Of a stretch of DNA of 64,000 nt, positions 56,406 through 64,000 are shown one piece after another. A program made the position numbers and the translations under genes. Origin of the DNA: Candidatus Moraniibacteriota bacterium (lineage in GTDB: Bacteria; Patescibacteriota; Minisyncoccia; Moranbacterales; GWC2-37-73); the NCBI GenBank assembly GCA_003507445.1, contig DNVR01000019.1, positions 1,367 through 65,366 on the forward strand. The letters run 5' to 3'. Each line of letters opens with the position of its first letter. Positions within the stretch are counted from its first letter, which is position 1. The notes below the pieces were generated by a model. The model made no database searches. It was given only the letters and a program-made list of their open reading frames with translations, and was not told the origin of the DNA.

Positions 56406-57644
56406 ATGAAAAATGATGCATTTGCAAGTGCGATGAGCCAACTTGAGCAAGTTCAGAAACTTATAAAAATAGATAAAAATATTTTTGCACAACTTCAAAG
56501 CCCGCAAAGAATTTTGGAAGTTTCAATTCCAGTTAAGATGGATAATGGTAATATTCAAGTTTTTACAGGTTATCGAAGTCAGTTTAATGATGCGCGAGGA
56601 CCCTTTAAGGGCGGAATAAGATTTCATCAGGATGTGAATGTTTCAGAAATAAAAGCACTCAGCGCATGGATGACTTGGAAAACTGCCGTGGTCGGAATTC
56701 CTCTTGGTGGCGGAAAAGGCGGCGTGATTGTTGATCCAAAAAAACTTTCTGAAAATGAATTGGAAAAACTTTCACGTGGATATGTGCAGGCTATTTTTAA
56801 ATTTATTGGACCTAATTTGGATATACCAGCTCCTGATATGTATACTGATCCCAAAATTATGGGTTGGATGCTGGATGAATATGAAAAATTAGCTGGTTTT
56901 CATATCCCAGGGGTAATAACTGGGAAACCTCTTTCTATCGGAGGCAGCAATGTTAGGGGTTATTCTACTGCACAAGGAGCTTTTTATGTTTTGAAAGAGG
57001 CTGTGAAAAAAATGGGAATTCGAAAAGATGCAACTGTTGCCATTGAAGGTTTTGGTAATGCTGGGGCTCATTTGGCTCAGATTTTGCAAAAAAATGGTTT
57101 TAGAATTGTTGCGCTTAGCGATTCAAAAGGGATGATTGTAAATTATATGGGACTAGATGTTGAGCAGGTAAAAAAGTATAAAGAAAAAACAGGAAGTGTG
57201 GTTGGATATCCTGGTGCTGAAAAAATTAAACATTCACATATCATTGCACAAGAAGTTGACATCTTGATTCCTTCCGCATTAGAAAATTCAATAACTGTAG
57301 ACAATGTTAAAACAGTAAAAGCAAAATTAATAATAGAAGTGGCCAATGGACCCATAACTCCTGGGGCGGATGCGATTTTGGCAAAGAGAAATATTATGAT
57401 TGTGCCAGATATTTTGGCTAATGCTGGAGGAGTAGTTGTGAGTTATTTGGAACAAGTTCAAAATGCATACGGATATTATTGGAGTGAGGAAAAAGTTTTG
57501 AAAAAATTAGAGCAAATTATGAAGGAATCGTTCGCATATGTTTGGGAACAAAAAATGAAACATAATACCACAGTCAGAATGGGTGCGTATGTGTTGGCCA
57601 TTAATCGTGTATCACGGGCAATGGTTGATCGGGGTAGGATGTAA
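56406..57644 (+). CDS. gdhA: NAD(P)-specific glutamate dehydrogenase.
   Basis: GGGKGG catalytic lysine motif IPLGGGKGGV; GFGNAG Rossmann motif. Confidence 0.9.
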   Translation: MKNDAFASAMSQLEQVQKLIKIDKNIFAQLQSPQRILEVSIPVKMDNGNIQVFTGYRSQFNDARGPFKGGIRFHQDVNVSEIKALSAWMTWKTAVVGIPLGGGKGGVIVDPKKLSENELEKLSRGYVQAIFKFIGPNLDIPAPDMYTDPKIMGWMLDEYEKLAGFHIPGVITGKPLSIGGSNVRGYSTAQGAFYVLKEAVKKMGIRKDATVAIEGFGNAGAHLAQILQKNGFRIVALSDSKGMIVNYMGLDVEQVKKYKEKTGSVVGYPGAEKIKHSHIIAQEVDILIPSALENSITVDNVKTVKAKLIIEVANGPITPGADAILAKRNIMIVPDILANAGGVVVSYLEQVQNAYGYYWSEEKVLKKLEQIMKESFAYVWEQKMKHNTTVRMGAYVLAINRVSRAMVDRGRM

Positions 57645-57760
57645 AAATTTTGAATTTGGTTTTTTATCAAAAAATCGTCAATTAATGGCGGTTTTTTGCT
57701 CTATGCAACAAGTGAAGAAAGTTGTATGTTTGATGTAGTAGTAGTTATATCGTTAAAATT

Positions 57761-59929
57761 ATGAAAAAGAAGGCTATCAAAAAGAACAAATCTCGATTTC
57801 ACTATCCTAAGCAAGTTGTGCTGGGGATTATTGACGCTGGCTTGGTAATGTTGATTGCTGGGATCTGTTTTGTGGCTTGGGTGTATTATTCCGCGACTCC
57901 TGCAGCGAGCCAGTTGGCAGAAAGAAAAATTTCCGAAACCTCGGTTTTGTATGATCGAAGTGGCGAATATGCTTTATATAAATTGTATGGCGAGGAAAAT
58001 AGGAAAATAGTCTCGCACAGTGAGATTCCAGATGTTGTGCGAAATGCGACGATTGCAACTGAGGATGCCAATTTTTATCGTCATATCGGTGTTGATCCGC
58101 TTGCAATATTAAGAGCGGTTAAAATTAATTTTGAAAATAATGGCATAAGACAGGGAGCATCAACCATCACCCAACAACTTGCTCGAAGCGCTTTTCTTAC
58201 TTCGGAGCGAACAATGAAGCGCAAGTTTTTGGAAGCAGTTTTTGCTTTGAAGATTGAACGACACTACAGCAAAGATGAAATTCTTGATCAATATTTAAAC
58301 CAAGTGCCATATGGTTCGAATGCCTATGGAATTGAAACCGCCAGCAGGACATATTTTGACAAAGCCGCTAAGGATTTAACATTGGATGAAGCAGCTTTTT
58401 TGGCTGCACTTCCAAAAGCACCGTCATATTATTCTCCGTACAGCACACATAAGGGGGAGCTTGCATATCGTCAAAAGAAAATTCTTGAGCGCATTTCTGA
58501 GCTTGAACTTGCCTCGCAGGAAGACGTGACCAATGCGCTTGCAATCGACACATTTTCAAAAGTAAAACCTTTGGTCAATCCTATCGTCGCACCTCATTTT
58601 GTGTTCTTTGTCTTGGAACAGCTTGAAAAAAAATATGGCAAAGAGTTTTTGCAAACAGGTGGACTTAAAATTTATACAACGCTTGATTACGAATTGCAAA
58701 AAATGGGAGAGGATGTTGTTGAGCGAGGAGCTGAAAAAAATATAGCCAGAGGAGCAACCAATGCGGCACTGGTAGCGGTCAATCCAAAAGATGGAGAAAT
58801 TTTGGCGATGATTGGAAGTAAAGATTTTTATAACAAGGCTATTGATGGAGAAGTAAACATTGCTACAACCTTGCAACAACCAGGATCTTCATTCAAGCCT
58901 TTTGCATATGCCACCGCATTTGAAAAAGGTTATCAGCCGGAAACAAAAATTCTTGATGCGCCGACAAATTTTGGGCCAGACGGAAGTGGTCGAAATTATG
59001 TTCCGAGAAATTATGACGGAAAATTTCATGGACTTTTGAGTATGCGCGAAGCGTTGGCACAGTCGCTTAATATTCCAGCTATCAAAACTTTGTATCTTGC
59101 AGGAATTGATAGCACGATTGAATTAGCTCATCGACTTGGCATCACAACGCTTAATGATCGCAATCGTTATGGTTTGTCTTTGGTAATTGGTGGCGGAGAT
59201 GTGAAATTGGTGGATATGGTCAGTGCCTTTTCTGTTTTTGCTAACGACGGTGTGCGCAATCCTTCACACAGCGTAATTAAAATAGTTGATAGTAAAGAAA
59301 AAACAATTGAACAAGCGGAGTACAATCCAATTCGAGTGCTTGATGTTCAGATTGCACGCAAGATTGATTCAATACTTTCAGACAATAAAGCTCGCACTCC
59401 AATTTTTGGACCAAGAAGTCCGCTTATACTTGCAGATGGAAGACCAGTGGCTGCCAAAACGGGAACGACACAGGAATTTCGCGATGCTTGGACTGTTGGG
59501 TTCACTCCGCAAATCGCAGTTGGTGTGTGGGCAGGAAACAACGATAATCGTCCTATGAAAGCTGGCTCTGACGGAGTTTTCGTGGCAGCGCCAATCTGGA
59601 ATGAATTTATGACCAAGGCGCTTGCAAATCAACCTAGAGAAACTTTCATTGCATATGACACTTATCAGCAAAACAATGATCCGACAAAAATTGCTGAAGG
59701 CGATTCAACAAATCAAGATGTGAGAATGAAAATAACTTATTATAACAATAAGACCGGAAAAAAGATTTCTGAGGAAAAAGCAAAAAAAATAGATCCTAAA
59801 AAAGTTGATAAGAGGGTTGAATATATTATCGTCAATGACCCAAGCATTATCCCACCAAAAAATTCAGTCAGTGTCGCAATGCCTTCGCCAACTGACCCTA
59901 TGTATAAAAATTGGACAATGCAGCCTTGA
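57761..59929 (+). CDS. Class A penicillin-binding protein (transglycosylase plus transpeptidase).
   Basis: GT51 motifs ATEDANFYRHIGVD and RGASTITQQLAR; transpeptidase SSFKPF, SLN, KTGT. Confidence 0.9.
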   Translation: MKKKAIKKNKSRFHYPKQVVLGIIDAGLVMLIAGICFVAWVYYSATPAASQLAERKISETSVLYDRSGEYALYKLYGEENRKIVSHSEIPDVVRNATIATEDANFYRHIGVDPLAILRAVKINFENNGIRQGASTITQQLARSAFLTSERTMKRKFLEAVFALKIERHYSKDEILDQYLNQVPYGSNAYGIETASRTYFDKAAKDLTLDEAAFLAALPKAPSYYSPYSTHKGELAYRQKKILERISELELASQEDVTNALAIDTFSKVKPLVNPIVAPHFVFFVLEQLEKKYGKEFLQTGGLKIYTTLDYELQKMGEDVVERGAEKNIARGATNAALVAVNPKDGEILAMIGSKDFYNKAIDGEVNIATTLQQPGSSFKPFAYATAFEKGYQPETKILDAPTNFGPDGSGRNYVPRNYDGKFHGLLSMREALAQSLNIPAIKTLYLAGIDSTIELAHRLGITTLNDRNRYGLSLVIGGGDVKLVDMVSAFSVFANDGVRNPSHSVIKIVDSKEKTIEQAEYNPIRVLDVQIARKIDSILSDNKARTPIFGPRSPLILADGRPVAAKTGTTQEFRDAWTVGFTPQIAVGVWAGNNDNRPMKAGSDGVFVAAPIWNEFMTKALANQPRETFIAYDTYQQNNDPTKIAEGDSTNQDVRMKITYYNNKTGKKISEEKAKKIDPKKVDKRVEYIIVNDPSIIPPKNSVSVAMPSPTDPMYKNWTMQP

Positions 59930-59940
59930 GTATTAAATTA

Positions 59941-59976
59941 AAAAAACAGTCTTACGCAAAACTTATTTGCGTAAGA
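59941..59976. terminator. Bidirectional terminator.
   Basis: CAGTCTTACGCAAA-actta-TTTGCGTAAGACCG. Confidence 0.6.
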
Positions 59977-59990
59977 CCGTGAATGATAGT

Positions 59991-60332
59991 TCATGCAATT
60001 GCAAGAAATATAGCTCCAGCGCTAAGTGGAACAATGGCTGGAATCAATCCCTGCATTCCATATTTGTATGATGCAAGGCATAAGAAAAAAATAAAGCAGC
60101 CCAATGCCAGTGACAAAATACTGTTGTTGCCAGTGGAAAGAAATGCGACAATTTTTTTCAATGGATTATTTTCAAGAACTCTGAAGACATGTGGGATTAG
60201 CAAGATGATGATAAAAGATATTATCAAGACATCCGTCGTGGTCGTCTTTTTTTGCAATTCGTTAAAGAAAATCCCGAAACTTATTTGGACTTCTTCTGAC
60301 CACTCAAATGGTGCAAAAAAATTTACATTCAT
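59991..60332 (-). CDS. Small integral membrane protein, 113 aa.
   Basis: RBS CCAGGAGGT before the ATG on the minus strand. The overlapping plus-strand ORF 59983-60336 is rejected. Confidence 0.5.
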   Translation of the reverse strand: MNVNFFAPFEWSEEVQISFGIFFNELQKKTTTTDVLIISFIIILLIPHVFRVLENNPLKKIVAFLSTGNNSILSLALGCFIFFLCLASYKYGMQGLIPAIVPLSAGAIFLAIA

Positions 60333-60439
60333 GTGAACCTCCTGGGATTCTATTGCAAAGCAATAGATAATTTGAACAACTCAAAACATCTTACTACAAA
60401 AAAATGCATTTGTCAAGCTGGGTGGCTTTGTGCTAGTGT

Positions 60440-61231
60440 GTGGTTATGAATAGACGAAATATTATAATTATCAGTGTTTTGTGCTTATTGGCTGTCCCTA
60501 GCCTTTATTTTGGCCTGAAAAAAGTGCAAGAATACAAAAAAACAGTTCAAATAAGCGTGACTGATTTGCAGGAAAACAATGACAATCAACAAATTGAAGA
60601 GGAAGAGAAATCAATTGAAAAAGCTGTTAATAATGACAATGCAGAAGTTGTTGAAAATCAAGAAAAAGAAATTGCAGCGCCAAAAGTTCCAGAAAAAGTA
60701 ATAGAAGAAAAGAGGGTTGAACCAAAAAAAACAAATCCGCCAGCTGAAGAAGAAACAAAAGTAGAAGCAGGAAAAATTGTCGACAAATTAATTTCGTGGG
60801 GCTTTACAAAATCTTCCGGAAGAACAATAGATACCGTTATTGTTCATTCATCTTATGATGCACTTGGAGACGACCCGTATAGTGTTTCTGGAATTATTGC
60901 TGAATACAAGCAATACAATGTTTCTGCGCACTATTTGATTGCGCGCGATGGCACCGCTTATCGTTTGGTAACGGATCAAAACATCGCTTGGCACGCAGGT
61001 GTTAGCAAAGTTCCGGATGGACGAACAAACGTAAATGATTTTTCAATTGGTATAGAGATGATCAACACAAAAGATGGGAAATATACTGATGATCAATATT
61101 CTGCATTGAATTCTTTGATTGCAACATTGAAGAAAAAATATAAAATAAAATATATTCTTGGCCACAATGAAATCGCCCCCGACAGAAAGACTGATCCGTG
61201 GGGAATTGATTGGAATAAAGTTAATCGATAA
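60440..61231 (+). CDS. N-acetylmuramoyl-L-alanine amidase (Amidase_2/PGRP family) with N-terminal anchor.
   Basis: AHYLIARDGT...AWHAG...NDFSIGIEMIN...ILGHNE. Confidence 0.75.
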   Translation: MVMNRRNIIIISVLCLLAVPSLYFGLKKVQEYKKTVQISVTDLQENNDNQQIEEEEKSIEKAVNNDNAEVVENQEKEIAAPKVPEKVIEEKRVEPKKTNPPAEEETKVEAGKIVDKLISWGFTKSSGRTIDTVIVHSSYDALGDDPYSVSGIIAEYKQYNVSAHYLIARDGTAYRLVTDQNIAWHAGVSKVPDGRTNVNDFSIGIEMINTKDGKYTDDQYSALNSLIATLKKKYKIKYILGHNEIAPDRKTDPWGIDWNKVNR

Positions 61232-61353
61232 TAAATTCCAAATTAAAAATTAAAAATTTCAAATAAATTCCAAATGATTAAATTTTAAAAATTGGGCATT
61301 GGAAATTTGGTATTCATTTGATATTTGTTATTTGGACTTTGAAATTAAATACT

Positions 61354-61614
61354 ATGATTCTGCAAATATCTTTAGATGGTAATGACATAAAATTGACATT
61401 AAAAGATGGTCGAAAGATTGTTGATGAATTGTCGTGGAATGATGAATATACCTTGAGTGAAAAACTGCTGCCAAACATTGATGAGCTGCTTAGAAAAAAT
61501 AAAATTTCCAAAAGCAAAATAGAAAAAGTGACCACAAAAATTAGTAAAACTTCCGGCGTGACCAGCGCACGAATAGTGAGGACAATTGCAGCAGCCTGGA
61601 ACCTGGGAAATTAG
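61354..61614 (+). CDS. tsaB: TsaB (YeaZ)-like protein, N-terminal domain only (truncated/minimal).
   Basis: MILQISLDGNDIKLTL...LLPNIDELL...KISKTSGVTSARIVRTIAAAWNL parallels the TsaB N-terminus (...GPGSFTGLRIG...A.G). Only about 86 aa. Confidence 0.5.
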   Translation: MILQISLDGNDIKLTLKDGRKIVDELSWNDEYTLSEKLLPNIDELLRKNKISKSKIEKVTTKISKTSGVTSARIVRTIAAAWNLGN

Positions 61615-61744
61615 CTTATTAGGCTTTATCTTCTTAGGTGACATGAAGTTTTTTTATCTGGAATTTTCTAAAAAGCTAAAAAGCTAATGCCTAAAAAGCT
61701 GTTTGATTGGACAAGTAGTGAAATTTATGCTATACTTAAATGGT

Positions 61745-61828
61745 AATAGAGGACGGGTGCAAACCCCATTAGAAATGAATCAAATTGATAATTTCTAACG
61801 GGGCAAGACCTCGTCCTCTTTCTTTTTA
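61745..61828 (+). ncRNA. Candidate structured 5'-leader / cis-regulatory RNA, with a promoter-like TTGGAC, 18 nt, TATACT just upstream.
   Basis: Nested hairpins: outer AGAGGACG/CGTCCTCT, an inner 13-bp stem CCCCAUUAGAAAU/AUUUCUAACGGGG, a small GGGUGCAAACCC hairpin, then a U-run; it lies 15 nt before the ATG of ORF 61843. Confidence 0.3.
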
Positions 61829-61842
61829 ATAAATGAAAATCC

Positions 61843-62145
61843 ATGACAACAAAACAAAATAAAAAAGAAACAAAAAGCACTGACTGGAAAGGTTTAGTGC
61901 AAGGCTTTGTGGGTAATATGCTGGAACAGCTGAGTGAAAACGTTACAACTCGAGTTCATGTTTGGACAAAACAAATGAAACGCAGAGCAGTTGGAGGAGT
62001 TGTGATGCTACTTGGCGCAACATATTTTCTAACTGGTTTGTCTGATTATACCGGTAGTTTTTTTGGAGAAAATTTCCCTGGATTCGGATATTTACTTGTT
62101 GGAGCATCGGCACTATTGATAGGATATTTTGTTAGTAGGAAATAA
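61843..62145 (+). CDS. Small membrane protein, 100 aa.
   Basis: Two C-terminal transmembrane helices. Confidence 0.45.
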   Translation: MTTKQNKKETKSTDWKGLVQGFVGNMLEQLSENVTTRVHVWTKQMKRRAVGGVVMLLGATYFLTGLSDYTGSFFGENFPGFGYLLVGASALLIGYFVSRK

Positions 62146-62184
62146 TTTTTTTAATTCATTTTTAATTAAATAATAAAAAACAAA

Positions 62185-62439
62185 ATGAACAAGAAACAAA
62201 TCAAGAAGGTCGTGAAAAAAAATGTGGAAAAAGCACAAGCATCAGGAGCTGAACTTCAAAAGATGGCTCTTAAGGAATATGACAAAATTAAAAAACAAAT
62301 GGACGCAACTTCAAAAAAAGTTGAAGTCTATGTGAAAAAGAATCCAGCCAAAGCTGCTGCAATTTCTGCCGGCATCGGTATGGCTCTTGGCGCAGTTGCT
62401 GGAATTCTGGCTGCTGGAGGAAAAAAGAAGAAGAAATAA
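62185..62439 (+). CDS. DUF883 (ElaB/YqjD/YgaM)-like membrane-anchored protein.
   Basis: C-terminal VEVYVKKNPAKAAAISAGIGMALGAVAGILAAGGKKKKK matches the family's ENPW...G.G...G C-terminal anchor. Confidence 0.55.
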   Translation: MNKKQIKKVVKKNVEKAQASGAELQKMALKEYDKIKKQMDATSKKVEVYVKKNPAKAAAISAGIGMALGAVAGILAAGGKKKKK

Positions 62440-62656
62440 CCTGTCGCTCACGAGCGACGGGTTAAACCAGTCAGTCGAGACTGACAGGTTAATCTTCATA
62501 TAATATACAGATAGCTAACAAATTGAAAAATCCTGCTCTTGTTGAGTGGGATTTTTCTTATTGTAATATAATATTCCATCACACATATGCCAAAACTATG
62601 CGGTCGTCGAGTTTTGGTATATAGAAATAAGCTCTGAATTTTATTTGAATTTTAAA

Positions 62657-62686
62657 AGCCTGCTCCATTCGGGGCAGGCTTTCGTG
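62657..62686 (-). terminator. Terminator of purN (minus strand).
   Basis: GCCTGC-tccattcgggg-CAGGC, with a T-run on the minus strand. Confidence 0.55.
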
Positions 62687-62703
62687 CTGTGTTAGTAGCA
62701 ATG

Positions 62704-63342
62704 TTATCGCGGGTTGAATTTTTTAGGTGCAAGAATGCGGACAACTCTCGAATCATTTGTAAGGCGCAGTCTATGCTGCGCAAAAAGTTTTATAGCTTCT
62801 GAATATATGACGTGTTCTTTTTTTAGAATGCGTGCACTGAGAGAATCTTCGTCATCATTATCAAGCACTGGTACAATCGCTTGAATAATTATAGAACCTG
62901 TATCAACTTTTCCTTTATCAACAAAGTGTACGGTGCATCCAGAATATTTGACTCCATACTCGAGTGCTTGAAGTTGAGCATGAAGACCTGGAAAAGATGG
63001 CAGGAGTGATGGGTGAATGTTCATGATGGCATTTGGAAAGGCGTCTATTAAAACATCATCAATAATCCTCATATAACCAGCCAAAACAACAAGTTGAACC
63101 CCGTGCAACTTGAGCACTTCAATAATTGCTTTGTTGTAACTCTTTTTACCGGCATACTCTTTGGGATTAAGATAGAAAGTTGGAATTCCTCTTTTTCGCG
63201 CAATTTCTATGACTGGTGCATTTTCAATATCACTTATGACGCAGACTACTCTTGCCTGCAAAATGCCACTGTTGCAATTGTCGTCGATAGCTACAAAATT
63301 GCTACCCCTGCCTGATGCCAATACGCCTAATTGTAATTTCAT
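62704..63342 (-). CDS. purN: Phosphoribosylglycinamide formyltransferase.
   Basis: ASGRGSNF, VLAGYMRII and NIHPSLLPSFPG motifs. Confidence 0.8.
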   Translation of the reverse strand: MKLQLGVLASGRGSNFVAIDDNCNSGILQARVVCVISDIENAPVIEIARKRGIPTFYLNPKEYAGKKSYNKAIIEVLKLHGVQLVVLAGYMRIIDDVLIDAFPNAIMNIHPSLLPSFPGLHAQLQALEYGVKYSGCTVHFVDKGKVDTGSIIIQAIVPVLDNDDEDSLSARILKKEHVIYSEAIKLFAQHRLRLTNDSRVVRILAPKKFNPR

Positions 63343-63483
63343 GTCGTGTTTCTCCTCTCAGGTTTATTTTGATGTAAAAAAGCAAGTGTTTTTATATTTG
63401 TGAGTTTAATCTAGCGGTAAACCTGTATTTAGTCAATGCTTATAGCGCTTGAAGGGATTTTTAGAAACTAAGAAGCATAAATC

Positions 63484-63512
63484 TAAAACCTAGAACCTAG
63501 AACCTAAAACCT
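63484..63512. repeat. (AACCTAR)n heptamer array upstream of purN.
   Basis: TAAAACCTAGAACCTAGAACCTAAAACCTG. Confidence 0.8.
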
Positions 63513-63786
63513 GTGCTATTGACACTTTTTCGTATCTGTGTTAACTTACTTGTACATTCTAGCTTTAGGAAAGAACTTCTACTTTTTGCATTGTTTTTGG
63601 GTGAAAACAGCGCACAAACTTTTTGTCAAATTAAAGTGTTAAAATGCTTTAAAATGACACTTTTTGTCAAAGGATAAATGACTAAAAACATACAACTTAA
63701 TTAAATAGTCTTAACCAAAAACTCGCTGCGAGCTTTTCGTTTTTGCGTCGAAAAGAACTAGTGAGAGTTGTTTTTATGGTAAAAGA

Positions 63787-64000
63787 GAAGAAAGCACTAA
63801 AGGTGAAGGAGACTTATGCGTCTACCTCATCCCTGTCTAAAAGAAAGTTTTTCAAAAAGCAGTTGATGGTGTCGTTGCCTAATCTGATTGAAGCTCAGAT
63901 CGACGCGTATCAGTGGTTTTTGGATAGAGGTCTTCGGGAATTGTTCGATGAAATCAACCCAATTAGTGATTTCACTGGAAAAGATTTAGAGCTTTCGCTC
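63787..64000 (+). CDS. rpoB: DNA-directed RNA polymerase beta subunit, N-terminal fragment (runs off the window).
   Basis: ...[51 protein letters not shown] matches the conserved RpoB N-terminus. Confidence 0.8.

Noticed and set aside
59983-60336. Plus-strand ORF 59983-60336.
   Set aside because: The minus-strand frame has a strong AGGAGG RBS and a membrane-protein profile; the plus frame is the shadow.
61745-61828. Assignment of the leader RNA to the guanidine-III (ykkC-III) riboswitch class because of GGACG.GGUGC and CAAGAC strings.
   Set aside because: Only partial string resemblance, the architecture has an extra long hairpin, and the downstream genes are not SMR/Gdx exporters. It is left as an unclassified structured leader.
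62704-63342. Possibility that the purN-like gene is methionyl-tRNA formyltransferase (fmt).
   Set aside because: At 212 aa it is the length of PurN and carries the PurN-type ASGRGSNF...NIHPSLLP motifs without the Fmt C-terminal tRNA-binding domain.
11052-63512. Heptamer arrays or the palindromic elements as a CRISPR array.
   Set aside because: Repeats are 7-nt tandem units without unique spacers, and the palindromic elements are isolated single units; no cas genes are present.

Overview
Coordinates I derived by hand may be off by 1-3 nt. This is a 64-kb low-GC (about 33-36% GC) bacterial chromosomal segment whose gene content suggests a reduced-genome, Patescibacteria/CPR-like organism; taxonomy cannot be fixed from sequence alone. 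Housekeeping genes present: nth, alr, thiI, ychF, valS, tsaD, a truncated tsaB-like gene, gdhA, a class-A PBP, mpg, purN and the 5' end of rpoB. There is a complete type IV pilus module (pilB, pilC, three prepilin-type genes, pilM, pilN, pilO) directly preceded by a histidine kinase and a standalone receiver. Other content includes two ECF-like sigma factors, VanW, Hsp20, DedA, a giant FN3-repeat surface protein, and seven tRNAs in three loci. The first ~3.7 kb is compositionally foreign (about 55% GC) and encodes a kinase-like/Zn-ribbon protein, an isochorismatase-family hydrolase and a VWA/Zn-ribbon protein. Things worth a second look: (1) two tandem, GC-elevated islets after tRNA-Glu, each ending in a ~170-bp repeat that re-creates the tRNA 3' end/terminator, whose cargo includes a protein fusing sigma-70 region 4.2 to an RNAP alpha-CTD-like domain; (2) a family of ~145-bp, and shorter, palindromic elements abutting start codons; (3) pervasive heptanucleotide tandem repeats, including three in-frame arrays inside tsaD; (4) a GIY-YIG ORF inside the tRNA cluster next to a chimeric tRNA-Lys fragment; (5) a dual-palindrome operator architecture at the gdhA promoter; (6) a candidate structured leader RNA upstream of a small-membrane-protein operon.
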